IMG/VR virus record: IMGVR_UViG_3300020045_007761
Coordinates: 1-39,948 of that record
Source: a virus
Lineage: Duplodnaviria; Caudoviricetes
Strand: one strand, 5' to 3'
DNA: 39,948 bases
The position numbers were made by a program, and so were the translations under genes. Shown piece by piece: positions 18,129-27,398 of this stretch (the first letter of the stretch is position 1; the number at the start of each line of letters is the position of its first letter). The notes beneath the pieces are model-generated. The model did not search any database and was not told where the DNA came from. It saw nothing but the letters and a program-made list of their open reading frames with translations.

Positions 18129-18207
18129 TTAGCGGTCACTCTTTATAACAACTCTAAAAAGTAGGAGGTGACCGCTAAGTAGTTCCTACTTTTCAAAATT
18201 GTTATAA
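18129..18207 (-). ncRNA. Structured leader RNA: 24-bp hairpin whose loop is complementary to a downstream 11-mer
   Basis: 18143-18166 pairs with 18184-18207 (all 3 mismatches are G-U on the - strand); 18168-18178 is perfectly complementary to 18129-18139. Confidence 0.6.
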
Positions 18208-18327
18208 GAATAATACAATAACAATTATTAAAAATACTTTAAAATAGTTATAAATGTATTTACCCAACTTTAAGCAAACAAAATATATACTTCCCTTATT
18301 ATTAAAATAGTTTATTTATTTAAGTTG

Positions 18328-18359
18328 AAGCCATATTCTTTGTTGAGTATGGCTTTTTT
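18328..18359 (+). terminator. Intrinsic terminator with no upstream + strand CDS
   Basis: AAGCCATATTC-TTTGTT-GAGTATGGCTT followed by a T run. Confidence 0.6.
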
Positions 18360-18422
18360 AATGTTCAATTTATTTTAATTATTGTATAATTTGATTAAAG
18401 AAAAAAGAGAGAGGTTAAGAGA

Positions 18423-18704
18423 ATGAAAAAGATTTTAATGATAGGATTAATAACATCAGGTTTATTTGCAAGTTGTCAATATGAATATGATTCATTTGTT
18501 AAAAATAAAAACACTACTTACGATTTTGTGAAATATAATGGTGGTGATATTAATATTTGTTCTAGTAATGATTTTACTATAACTAAAGCAATTAGAGCAA
18601 AACAAGAGTGTAAAGATGAAAAGTTACAAAAAGAGATTATTAATTATTTAGAGGTTGATGGTAAAAACATAAAAGACGCTTGTTTTAAATTTGGGTATAA
18701 GTAG
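18423..18704 (+). CDS. Secreted protein / possible lipoprotein
   Basis: MKKILMIGLITSGLFASC signal peptide with lipobox-like FASC; 4 Cys; TATAAT at 18385-18390. Confidence 0.65.
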   Translation: MKKILMIGLITSGLFASCQYEYDSFVKNKNTTYDFVKYNGGDINICSSNDFTITKAIRAKQECKDEKLQKEIINYLEVDGKNIKDACFKFGYK

Positions 18705-18712
18705 TATATTAA

Positions 18713-19303
18713 ATGGCAATTAGTCAAGATAAATGGGATAAAGCTAAAGCATTATTTGAACAAGGTTTATCACTTAGTCAAATTGAAGATGAAACAGAAA
18801 TAAATAAAACTTCAATATCTAAAAAGGCTAAAAATGAAAATTGGCTTAAATCAAAAAATCAACAGTTAAAAAGCGAAATTATCGCATTAGATAAAGAAAA
18901 ATCAACACTTGATACAAAAATCAACACTACTGTTGAAAAATTAAGCAAATTAAGTGATTTTGAAATAACAATGTTAGATGAAACAATACAAAATGAAACT
19001 GGAAATAAATCACTTTTATTTAGTACGGCAAAGCTTTCCCTTATACGAAAAAATCAATTGCTAACTAAAAATACAAAACAAGTTATAGACTTCGAAACTA
19101 TTTATGACGATAGTGGAAAGATTATATCTAAAACTCCTATTTCTATTGAAATTGAATTGAGTCCTTCTGATTTGAAAGTAATTGATGAGGGGATAGACAA
19201 AAATGCAGTTACTTTAGAGGTAGCTCCTAGACACGCAAACAGTCAGGTTAATATTTCTAATACGAATGCAGTTCAAAACAATCTATCAGTAGAGTGGGAA
19301 TGA
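18713..19303 (+). CDS. terS: Terminase small subunit (putative)
   Basis: N-terminal HTH (WDKAKALFEQGLSLSQIEDETEINKTSISKKAKNENW); directly upstream of terL. Confidence 0.7.
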   Translation: MAISQDKWDKAKALFEQGLSLSQIEDETEINKTSISKKAKNENWLKSKNQQLKSEIIALDKEKSTLDTKINTTVEKLSKLSDFEITMLDETIQNETGNKSLLFSTAKLSLIRKNQLLTKNTKQVIDFETIYDDSGKIISKTPISIEIELSPSDLKVIDEGIDKNAVTLEVAPRHANSQVNISNTNAVQNNLSVEWE

Positions 19304-20526
19304 AAATATCCTTAAACGCTAAACTAAAACCATTTGCAATTATTCCAATGAGGTACAAAGTTGCTTATGGTGGTCGTGGTAGTTCTAAATCTTGGACTAT
19401 TGCAAGAATACTTTTATTAAAAGCTATGGAAAAACCTATAAGAGTTTTATGTTTAAGGGAAATTCAAGACTCAATAAAAGATTCAGTTCATAAACTTTTA
19501 AAAGACCAGATTGATTTACTGGAACTTCAAGGTTTCACAGTTCAAAATGATTCTATTAAACACGATAATGGAAGTGAATTTTTATTTAAAGGTTTATATT
19601 CTAATTTATCTAAAATTAAATCTTTTGAGGGTGTTGATATTGCGTGGATTGAAGAGGGAGAAAGTATATCTGCTTTATCTTGGCAAATACTAGACCCAAC
19701 AATAAGAAAGCCTAATAGTGAAATATGGATTAGTTTTAATCCACGATATGAGAACGATGTAATTTATAGTAACTTTGTTGTTAATTGTCCTGATAATGCA
19801 ATTGTAATAAAAGTAAATTGGAATGATAATAAATATTTTCCAAAAGAACTTGAAAAGCAAAAAGATACAATGGCTATTAATGACCCTGACTTATATTTGC
19901 ATATTTGGGAGGGGCAACTTAAAAAGAATACAAGTGAATTAATCTTTAATAATAAATGGTTAATTGATGAATTTGATACTCCTGATAATATTCACTTTTA
20001 TTATGGAGCTGACTGGGGATTTAGTCAAGACCCTAATACAGTAAATCGTGCATACATTGGAAAATATAAAGATATGAATAATTGCTTGTTTCTTGATTAT
20101 GAGATTAATGACCGACCTTATAGTGAAGAGGACAAGAATACTTCAACAGATTTAAAACAATTACCTAGCTTATGGGACAAAATGCCTAATATTAGAAAAC
20201 ATAAGGTAAACGCTGATAGTGCTAGACCTGAAACAATCTCACATTTAAAAGGTGAGGGATTTAAAGTTGTTGGAGCGGTAAAAGGTAAAGGAAGTATTGA
20301 AGATGGTATTGAGTTTATGCGAAGTTTTGATAAAATAGTTATTCATAAAAGGTGTATTAATACAATATTTGAATTTGGTAACTATAAGTTTAAAGTAGAT
20401 GCTAAATCTGGTCAAGTTACTAATCAAATTGTGGATAAATATAATCATCATATAGATGCTATTAGATATGCCTTAGAGCCTATCTATAAAAAAGGTATTA
20501 CTGGCTTAAATGCTAATATGTTTTAA
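19300..20526 (+). CDS. terL: Terminase large subunit, PBSX family
   Basis: YGGRGSSKS, WIEEGE, SFNP, GADWGFSQDP, ADSARPETI, NHHIDAIRY. Confidence 0.95.
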   Translation: MKISLNAKLKPFAIIPMRYKVAYGGRGSSKSWTIARILLLKAMEKPIRVLCLREIQDSIKDSVHKLLKDQIDLLELQGFTVQNDSIKHDNGSEFLFKGLYSNLSKIKSFEGVDIAWIEEGESISALSWQILDPTIRKPNSEIWISFNPRYENDVIYSNFVVNCPDNAIVIKVNWNDNKYFPKELEKQKDTMAINDPDLYLHIWEGQLKKNTSELIFNNKWLIDEFDTPDNIHFYYGADWGFSQDPNTVNRAYIGKYKDMNNCLFLDYEINDRPYSEEDKNTSTDLKQLPSLWDKMPNIRKHKVNADSARPETISHLKGEGFKVVGAVKGKGSIEDGIEFMRSFDKIVIHKRCINTIFEFGNYKFKVDAKSGQVTNQIVDKYNHHIDAIRYALEPIYKKGITGLNANMF

Positions 20527-20548
20527 AATAAATTAAAGGATAAATAAT

Positions 20549-21138
20549 ATGACAATAGAAGAACAAAACCAAAGCCTAGAACAAATCAAACAATGGAACG
20601 ATAACGGAGAGTTTGTAATTAATGACAGAACTTATAAATTAACGGGATTATCTCACCAATTTAGAGTTGAGGCGTTATCAATTTATAGTCAAATTGAAGC
20701 TAATATAATTATGGGTAATTATCAATTTTTACAAAGAGATGATTTTAAAAAGGTTATGACAAAAGTTGATGATAGGGTTTTATTTGATGGTATGCAGTTG
20801 TCTAAGTTGCCTAAACACTTTGAAGAGTATGCAGAGGATTATTTAGATTATATTGCTGTATCGCTTAAAGTTATTGTTTACCCTTTTTATCAAACCAAAC
20901 TAACTACAAAATAAATGGATATGTAAGTAAAGTAAATTATTGGAGTAAGTGGGTATCTCATACTAACATTGAAGATATAAACTTACTCTTTTTTAGTTTG
21001 GTTAGAAAAGGTTACGGTGGCTTACAAAGGGTAAAAGAGTTTGATACTAAGGATATTATGCAGATATTAGAGTATGAGAGTATATTGTCGGATATTGAAC
21101 AGTTGGAATATGAAGAGATGAAACAAGATAGGAATTAG
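20549..21138 (+). CDS. Tail assembly chaperone-like G/GT pair: short form 20549-20914, long form via -1 frameshift at C CCT TTT (20881-20887) to TAG 21136-21138
   Basis: In-frame X XXY YYZ heptamer. The -1 frame is open for 85 codons from 20881 (..LFFSLVRKGYGGLQRVKEFDTKDIMQILEYESILSDIEQLEYEE..) with no own start near its 5' end. Confidence 0.72.
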
Positions 21139-21168
21139 GCTATAATTAAATCAAAAAAGGTTAATTAT

Positions 21169-22482
21169 ATGAAGAAATTAACAATAGATGGATTCTTTGA
21201 TGTTCTTCGTTCACTTGGTGGTAAAAGAGATATTACACAAAGTGCGAGTTATGTATCTGCTAATCTAAAATCATATCATAGGCAACAATTAAATGACTTA
21301 TATTCTACTAATTGGATAGCATCTAAAGCTGTAAATATTCCCGTTGATGATGCTTTAAAAGATGGAGTTACTTTATCTTTAGAAGACACTAAACAATTAG
21401 AGATATTTGAAAAAGGTTTAAAAGCTTTTAAAGTTGATGAAAAAATCAATAACCTAGCTAAATGGTCTAAGGTATTCGGTGGAGCTGTTATTGTAATAGT
21501 TACTAATGAAGATACTATGGATACTCCTTTAATTATTGATAACCTCAAGCAAGGACAATTAAAAAACTTAGTTGTATTAGATAAATTTGATATTACAAGC
21601 GTTGAATTAGAGCGTGACCCATTAAGTCAAAATTATTTAAAGCCTATTTATTACCAAATTGCAAAAGGTGGTGGCAATGTTCATCATTCAAGAGTTATTC
21701 ATTTAGATGGAGAAAATACAACCAACTATAATCGTGAGTTAATGAATGGTTGGGGATTGTCTGTATATGAAAAAGGTTGGACTTCAATTCTTAATGCAAC
21801 CGTATCACCTGATTTATTATCAAACATACTTTTACAATCGAATCAAGATGTTTATAAAATTGCTGGACTCAATGACGCTTTAACAAATGGAGCTGATGGG
21901 TTAGTATTAAAAAGGTTACAATCAATACAAGAAAGTAAATCCATTTTTAATGGAATAGCTTTAGATAAAGAAGATGACTATATAAACATAGCTAAGAACT
22001 TTTCAGGATTAGAGTCAATTAATAAAGCATTCTTTGAAATAGTATGTGGAGCGTTTGATATACCTTATTCAAGATTTATGGGTATTTCTTCAACTGGATT
22101 AAATGTAACTGGCGATGGTGATTTATCTAACTATTACGATAAAGTTGAAGCAGAAAGAACTAAACTGTTGCCAGCTTATGAAGCTATTTATAAGGTTATA
22201 CAATATCATTTATTTGGTAAAAATCTAAACATTACTTTTGAGTTTAAGCCATTATGGCAAATGTCAGATTTAGAAACTGCTCAATTAAATAAAGCTAATG
22301 CTGAAGTGGATAATCTATATTTAAATATGGGCGTAGTTAATGAATTGGATATTAAATCAAGATTAGTACAAGATGATAGATACCCTACAATAACTGCTGA
22401 AAGTGTTGAAGCCGAAAGACTACTTTATGAAGAGATGGAAACACTAACAAATGAAGAAACAGAAAACAATATCATTGCTTAA
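21169..22482 (+). CDS. Portal protein (DUF1073-like)
   Basis: LYSTNWIASKAVNIPVDDA, VHHSRVI, GWGLSV, IPYSRFMGISSTGLNVTGDGDLSNYYD, FKPLWQMS. Confidence 0.92.
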   Translation: MKKLTIDGFFDVLRSLGGKRDITQSASYVSANLKSYHRQQLNDLYSTNWIASKAVNIPVDDALKDGVTLSLEDTKQLEIFEKGLKAFKVDEKINNLAKWSKVFGGAVIVIVTNEDTMDTPLIIDNLKQGQLKNLVVLDKFDITSVELERDPLSQNYLKPIYYQIAKGGGNVHHSRVIHLDGENTTNYNRELMNGWGLSVYEKGWTSILNATVSPDLLSNILLQSNQDVYKIAGLNDALTNGADGLVLKRLQSIQESKSIFNGIALDKEDDYINIAKNFSGLESINKAFFEIVCGAFDIPYSRFMGISSTGLNVTGDGDLSNYYDKVEAERTKLLPAYEAIYKVIQYHLFGKNLNITFEFKPLWQMSDLETAQLNKANAEVDNLYLNMGVVNELDIKSRLVQDDRYPTITAESVEAERLLYEEMETLTNEETENNIIA

Positions 22483-23254
22483 AACTCCACGAGCTGTGGA
22501 GTTAGAGTACTACAAACAACTTAAGCAATTAGCTAATGAAATGAAAAAAGATATTAATGAAACTATCTTACCTATTCTTGAAAATGTAAGTTTAGATTCT
22601 AAATATACTAAAGATGTTGGAGTAACAGACTTACTAAGTGCTTTAAATATCTTACAAGGCAAATACTCTAATATTATGTCGTTCAGTTCAAGGGTAGCTA
22701 ATAGCGTTGTATCAAGATTATTGAATATGGGTAACGATAAGTTTAGAAAGACTTTAGAGAGTGCTTATGGTGTTGATGTGGGGCGTATGATTAACCAAAA
22801 TAAATTAAATGATTTAGTTGCCTTACAAAGAAGAAAACAAGAGGTACTAATTAAGTCAATTCCGGCTCAATTTTTTAGTCAAATAGAGATGATTATCCAA
22901 AATGGAGTAAGTGGAAATAAAACTTATAAAGATATAGCAAAAGAGATTAAGGGGATTAGTGGGGTTAGCAGTACATATGGGAAACTAGATAATCGTATAA
23001 AGCTTATAGCTCGGCAAGAGGTTAGCGTTATAAATTCTAATCTAAACAATGCAAGGGCTTCAAGTGCTGGAATAATTCAAGCTACTTGGCAAACTTCAGG
23101 AGATGAAAGAGTAAGAGATTCACACGCTGATAGAGATGGAAAAGTATTTGATTTAAAAGATGGGTTGTATAGTTCTTCAGATGGTAAGTATTTACAATGC
23201 GGTGAAGATTTTAATTGTAGGTGTCAAGCTATTTATATAATACCCGAGAATTAA
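22451..23254 (+). CDS. Minor head protein (Mu gpF/SPP1 gp7 family)
   Basis: LIARQE, WQTSGDERVRDSH, GEDFNCRC. Confidence 0.92.
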   Translation: MKKQKTISLLKTPRAVELEYYKQLKQLANEMKKDINETILPILENVSLDSKYTKDVGVTDLLSALNILQGKYSNIMSFSSRVANSVVSRLLNMGNDKFRKTLESAYGVDVGRMINQNKLNDLVALQRRKQEVLIKSIPAQFFSQIEMIIQNGVSGNKTYKDIAKEIKGISGVSSTYGKLDNRIKLIARQEVSVINSNLNNARASSAGIIQATWQTSGDERVRDSHADRDGKVFDLKDGLYSSSDGKYLQCGEDFNCRCQAIYIIPEN

Positions 23255-23541
23255 TCGGGTATAACTATTTTTTTAGAATTTTTAAAATTAGAGTATCTTC
23301 TTTTTATTTTATTTCTAGTATTTATATTATTGTGATAAGAATATATTTGACTAACTAATGACCAGTGTAATTCATCTGGTATTTCTGCGATTAGGTCAAA
23401 TTCTATACAATCACCGTCACATTTTCCATTCTCAAAATAAGTGTTTGAACTATTATCCTCAAATGTTTCAGAATTAAAATAATCAATTTTTATTATCTCA
23501 CCACTAGCACTTAAATAATGTTTTCCAACTTCCAATTTCAT
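23251..23541 (-). CDS. Hypothetical protein
   Basis: MKLEVGKHY N-terminus common in small phage proteins; GAGGA RBS. Confidence 0.65.
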   Translation of the reverse strand: MKLEVGKHYLSASGEIIKIDYFNSETFEDNSSNTYFENGKCDGDCIEFDLIAEIPDELHWSLVSQIYSYHNNINTRNKIKRRYSNFKNSKKIVIPD

Positions 23542-23542
23542 T

Positions 23543-23887
23543 CTATCCTCTCACAATCATAAAAAACAACATAACGATATTACTCGCAACGCTTACATAA
23601 CTTAATACTTGCCACTTCTTAATTTTGCTGTGTTCGCTTATCCATTGCTTGTAGAAAAACTCTCTATTATTTTTAATTACCATTATTTGGTCGGTAAGTC
23701 TTGAAGCTCTTTTCTTTTCAGTTTCTAATTGACTATTTAAAACAGCTTCTTTCTTTTGTTGAATATCCAAAACTCTTTTTAATCTTTCAACCTCAACCGA
23801 TAAAATATTGCTAGTTCTATTTGCTGTATCTAATTTATTTAATGTGTATCTTAGTTTAGCTCTAAGTTTTTTAAATGTGTTTTTCAC
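23543..23887 (-). CDS. Coiled-coil protein with C-terminal membrane anchor
   Basis: Long heptad region, then VLSYVSVASNIVMLFFMIV. Confidence 0.6.
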   Translation of the reverse strand: MKNTFKKLRAKLRYTLNKLDTANRTSNILSVEVERLKRVLDIQQKKEAVLNSQLETEKKRASRLTDQIMVIKNNREFFYKQWISEHSKIKKWQVLSYVSVASNIVMLFFMIVRG

Positions 23888-24033
23888 TTCCCGCTCTCCA
23901 TAAACTTAATGTATAATTCTCTGAGTGCCTGATACCTTCTTCTATACCCAATATCTTTATGCTTTTTATAATTCAATAAAGTAGCGTGGGTTATGTTGTA
24001 GAATGTTGCTAGGTCTTTGTTTGATATTTTCAT
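23884..24033 (-). CDS. 49-aa HTH-like DNA-binding protein (not in ORF track)
   Basis: MKISNKDLATFYNITHATLLNYKKHKDIGYRRRYQALRELYIKFMESGK; AAGGA RBS; GTGA overlap with the next gene. Confidence 0.65.
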   Translation of the reverse strand: MKISNKDLATFYNITHATLLNYKKHKDIGYRRRYQALRELYIKFMESGK

Positions 24034-24127
24034 TCTAATCCTTAATTAATTTCCCTAATTATATTTAAAATAGTTTTAAAGTAAACTTATATTCTTTACA
24101 AATGCTATAATTTAAAAAAGGATAGTG

Positions 24128-24628
24128 ATGATTAAAATACAACACGCTAAGCATAATCAACTGGCAGTTAGAAATAGCGATATATTTTATGTGAAGTTTA
24201 AAAATAATGGTAGCTCACTATTAAGCGTTAATGGTAGTGTGACGCCCGTTGAGTTTATACTTGAAGATTTACCAGTTGATAACTTTCTATTGACTAGGGT
24301 TGATTATATGATTTCTCAAGATGATATAGTTGATGTAAAAAAGTTTGCAAATAGAGTAGCATTAACAAATGGATTAGTTTTTGAAATAGACGGAAGTCAA
24401 GTTTATAAAAACAATGCTGATGTAATGTTGTTTGCAAGTGATTCAACTTTGGATAGTGTTAAAATAACGGGAACAACAGCATCTATTATCAATGGTAACT
24501 GGAGTCCTTTGGATGTGTACGGACACGCTATAATCTGCAAAAAATCAGATTTAAAAATTATAGTTAGAGATGATTTGACACTTGTTCCACATATGGAGTT
24601 TGCAGTTAGTGGGATTAAATTAAGTTAG
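24128..24628 (+). CDS. Hypothetical beta-rich protein (possibly virion-associated)
   Basis: Extended -10 TGCTATAAT at 24103-24111 and AAGGA RBS; head module context. Confidence 0.65.
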   Translation: MIKIQHAKHNQLAVRNSDIFYVKFKNNGSSLLSVNGSVTPVEFILEDLPVDNFLLTRVDYMISQDDIVDVKKFANRVALTNGLVFEIDGSQVYKNNADVMLFASDSTLDSVKITGTTASIINGNWSPLDVYGHAIICKKSDLKIIVRDDLTLVPHMEFAVSGIKLS

Positions 24629-24639
24629 AAAGGAAAAAG

Positions 24640-24756
24640 ATGATTAAAGGATTTATAAATAGTTGCTTTATTGTTTTTATGGTTTTATTTAAACCTATTG
24701 AGTCTAGTAATAAAGTAAAAATGTGGGAAAGATATGATTTGAAAGGTAATAAATAA
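24640..24756 (+). CDS. 38-aa hypothetical protein (not in ORF track)
   Basis: AAGGA RBS; abuts the next start codon. Confidence 0.4.
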   Translation: MIKGFINSCFIVFMVLFKPIESSNKVKMWERYDLKGNK

Positions 24757-25902
24757 ATGCCACAAAAATTAGAAAGTTGTGTAACTCAAGTAATGGCACG
24801 AGGCAAAACAGAAAGTGAAGCTTATGCAATTTGTAATGCTTCATTGAATGATAAATTAATATTTAAAGATAGTTATAATGACTTCACAAAATACATAGAT
24901 GAAGATACTGGATTCTTACATATTAATGGTGTAGTTGCAAGAACTGGACTTCAACCTTATATGGGTGCAGAACTTGGAAATATGGAAGAGCCTACTGCAA
25001 TGTTCAATGTCTATCGTCCAAGAGAAGAAGTGCTAAAAGAAGAGTCTTTATCTACTTATGCAAATGCTCCAATTACAGACGACCACCCTAATACATTTGT
25101 TACAGTTGATAATGCAACGGAATTAATTAAGGGTAGTGTAGCATCTTACGAAACTTATAACAAAGACGGGATTGATTATATCAAGGCTCAAATAGTTGTA
25201 ACAGATAAAGACTTAATCAATAAAGTTATCAATGGAAAAATGGAGTTATCGGCTGGTTATTCTCAAAACTTAGTAAAAGAAAAAGGTGAGTTTGAGGGTG
25301 TAACTTATGACTATATTCAAACAAATATTAAAATTAATCATGTTGCGTTAGTTGATTCGGCTAGGTGTGGACAAGAGTGTAAATTAGTATTTGATTCTAA
25401 TAGTATAATTGTATATGAAAATACTTTGAAAGGAATTGACTCTATGGAAGAAAAAGAAGAAATCAAAACTCCTGACGCTGAAATGCCATTTGATATTAAA
25501 GAATTAGTGAAACAAGTAGCTGAACTTTTAAAAATGGAAAAAGCTGAAGAAACAATGATTGATGAAAAAATGCCAAAAGAAAAAGAAACTAAAAATATTG
25601 ATTCTTTAATTGATGCAAAAGTAGATGCTTTACTTGTTGCTAAAGAATTAGGTTTAAATGTTAAATCATCTGATTCAGTAGTAGATATTAAAAAAGCTAT
25701 TATTGCAACTAAATCTGATATGGCTTTAGACGGAGTATGTGATGCTGGTATCGATACAGCTTACAAAATGGTTAAATCACAAATTGCAAAAGATTCTTTA
25801 AAACAAGAAGAGATTAAAAAATCTCAAACTAATGCATTTGATGGATTGAAACATGGTGCAAATGATAATAAATTTGCAGATTTAAAAGATAAGGAGATTT
25901 AA
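24757..25902 (+). CDS. Prohead protease/scaffold (DUF2213-like)
   Basis: ARTGLQPY, VYRPREEV, PITDDHP, ELSAGY, NHVALVDSARCG. Confidence 0.9.
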   Translation: MPQKLESCVTQVMARGKTESEAYAICNASLNDKLIFKDSYNDFTKYIDEDTGFLHINGVVARTGLQPYMGAELGNMEEPTAMFNVYRPREEVLKEESLSTYANAPITDDHPNTFVTVDNATELIKGSVASYETYNKDGIDYIKAQIVVTDKDLINKVINGKMELSAGYSQNLVKEKGEFEGVTYDYIQTNIKINHVALVDSARCGQECKLVFDSNSIIVYENTLKGIDSMEEKEEIKTPDAEMPFDIKELVKQVAELLKMEKAEETMIDEKMPKEKETKNIDSLIDAKVDALLVAKELGLNVKSSDSVVDIKKAIIATKSDMALDGVCDAGIDTAYKMVKSQIAKDSLKQEEIKKSQTNAFDGLKHGANDNKFADLKDKEI

Positions 25903-25904
25903 TT

Positions 25905-26384
25905 ATGGCTTTTACAAGTGCTGTTTTAGAAGAATCTAAAAAGTTAGGTTCAGGTGAAGTTTTAAGAACTAGACCATTTAATGTTGAAGCGTTTTCAACT
26001 TTTGAAGATGGTTTAGTAATGGGAAGATTTGCTAAATATGATACTGATTCAGTTGATAATTTAGACAATAGTGCAACTCCAAAAATTGCTGGTATTGTTA
26101 CTAGATTAATCGGTGGAGAAATGGGTGTAAATACTTATAGAAATACGGGAACTTTAGTTGACACTGTTGCTGAAGTTATGACTGTTGGTTTTGCTACTGT
26201 TGATGTTGTAACTGGTAATACTCCTGCAAGATATGGAATTGCTTACGCTGTAAATGCAACTGGCTCTGGTGCTGATTTTGGAAAAGCTACAACTACTTCA
26301 ACTAACAATGTTGATTCGGGTTATGTTTTTTGGGAACAAGTAGATACGAATGTTTGGCTAGTAGCTAAAGCATCATTAGTTTAA
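25905..26384 (+). CDS. Capsid decoration/cement protein
   Basis: Size, composition and position between scaffold and MCP genes. Confidence 0.7.
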   Translation: MAFTSAVLEESKKLGSGEVLRTRPFNVEAFSTFEDGLVMGRFAKYDTDSVDNLDNSATPKIAGIVTRLIGGEMGVNTYRNTGTLVDTVAEVMTVGFATVDVVTGNTPARYGIAYAVNATGSGADFGKATTTSTNNVDSGYVFWEQVDTNVWLVAKASLV

Positions 26385-26403
26385 TTAAAAAGGATTTAAC
26401 AAA

Positions 26404-27351
26404 ATGGCAAAATTAGGACAAATTTATAATTTAGATTCATTTGATTCTGCAAAGAATTATTTTAAATCTTTAGACTCAAATGGTGGAACTGTACTAGCTA
26501 GAAATTTAGAACATATTTCAAGTGAAGTATTTGAACAAAGAATCGCTGGTTTATCATTCTTGGCTGCTTCAGGTATTGTTATCAATAATGAGGGTGGATA
26601 TGCTAAAGCTATTACAAAATTAAAATCAAATATTCAAGGTGATTTTAAAGATGCTGGTGATAACACAAATGGTAAGGGTAAAATCTCTATGGGTGTTGAA
26701 GATGACACAATGCCAGTATTTATGAAAGAAGCTGTTTCTGATTGGTCTGAAACTGAACTAAACAGAGCTTCATTAGAAAACAGAAACTTAGTTTCAGAAT
26801 ACTTAAGAGGTCATGACCAAAAGTACAAAGAACAAATTGATAGAATCGGTTACTTAGGTATCGAGGGAAAATCAAAAGGTCTTTTAAATAATACTTTATT
26901 TGCTTCAGGTGGTGCAACTGGTGTATTTAGTGGATTAAATGCTCAAGAAATGTTTGATGAAATTTCAACATTAGTATCTGACCAAAGAACAGCTGTATTA
27001 AATGATGAAATGTTTAGTGCTGATAAAGTTGCAGTTCACCCTGACACTTACAACATTTTAAACAAAACTTTTCTAAATACTGCTGGGTCTTTAACAACTG
27101 TAAGAGAAGCTCTTGAAAGAACTTTAAATATTACTTTTGTAATTACTTCTAAATGTGATATTTTAGGGGTGAAAAGAATCGTTGCTTACTCTTCACAAAG
27201 ACAAGCTATCCAAATGAGGATTCCAGTTGCATTGAAAATTTCTAACCAATATCAAATTGGTGGATTTAGATATGGAATTGAGTCTATGTTTGCAGTGGCT
27301 GGGGCTGACATTATTGAGTCACTTGGTGGTAAGATTTTAACTGCTGTATAA
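26404..27351 (+). CDS. Major capsid protein (DUF2184-like, HK97 fold)
   Basis: LARNLEHI, IDRIGYLG..GLLN; position; strong terminator downstream. Confidence 0.88.
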   Translation: MAKLGQIYNLDSFDSAKNYFKSLDSNGGTVLARNLEHISSEVFEQRIAGLSFLAASGIVINNEGGYAKAITKLKSNIQGDFKDAGDNTNGKGKISMGVEDDTMPVFMKEAVSDWSETELNRASLENRNLVSEYLRGHDQKYKEQIDRIGYLGIEGKSKGLLNNTLFASGGATGVFSGLNAQEMFDEISTLVSDQRTAVLNDEMFSADKVAVHPDTYNILNKTFLNTAGSLTTVREALERTLNITFVITSKCDILGVKRIVAYSSQRQAIQMRIPVALKISNQYQIGGFRYGIESMFAVAGADIIESLGGKILTAV

Positions 27352-27367
27352 TCAGTTATTGAGATTT

Positions 27368-27398
27368 AAAAAGGGAGTTTAAAAGCTCCCTTTTTTTT
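27368..27398. terminator. Bidirectional intrinsic terminator
   Basis: AAAAAGGGAG..CTCCCTTTTTTTT between convergent genes. Confidence 0.85.

Noticed and set aside
18129-18207. tRNA, simple terminator or IS end
   Set aside because: No cloverleaf, no U tail after the stem, no transposase nearby; the interlocked repeats need another explanation.
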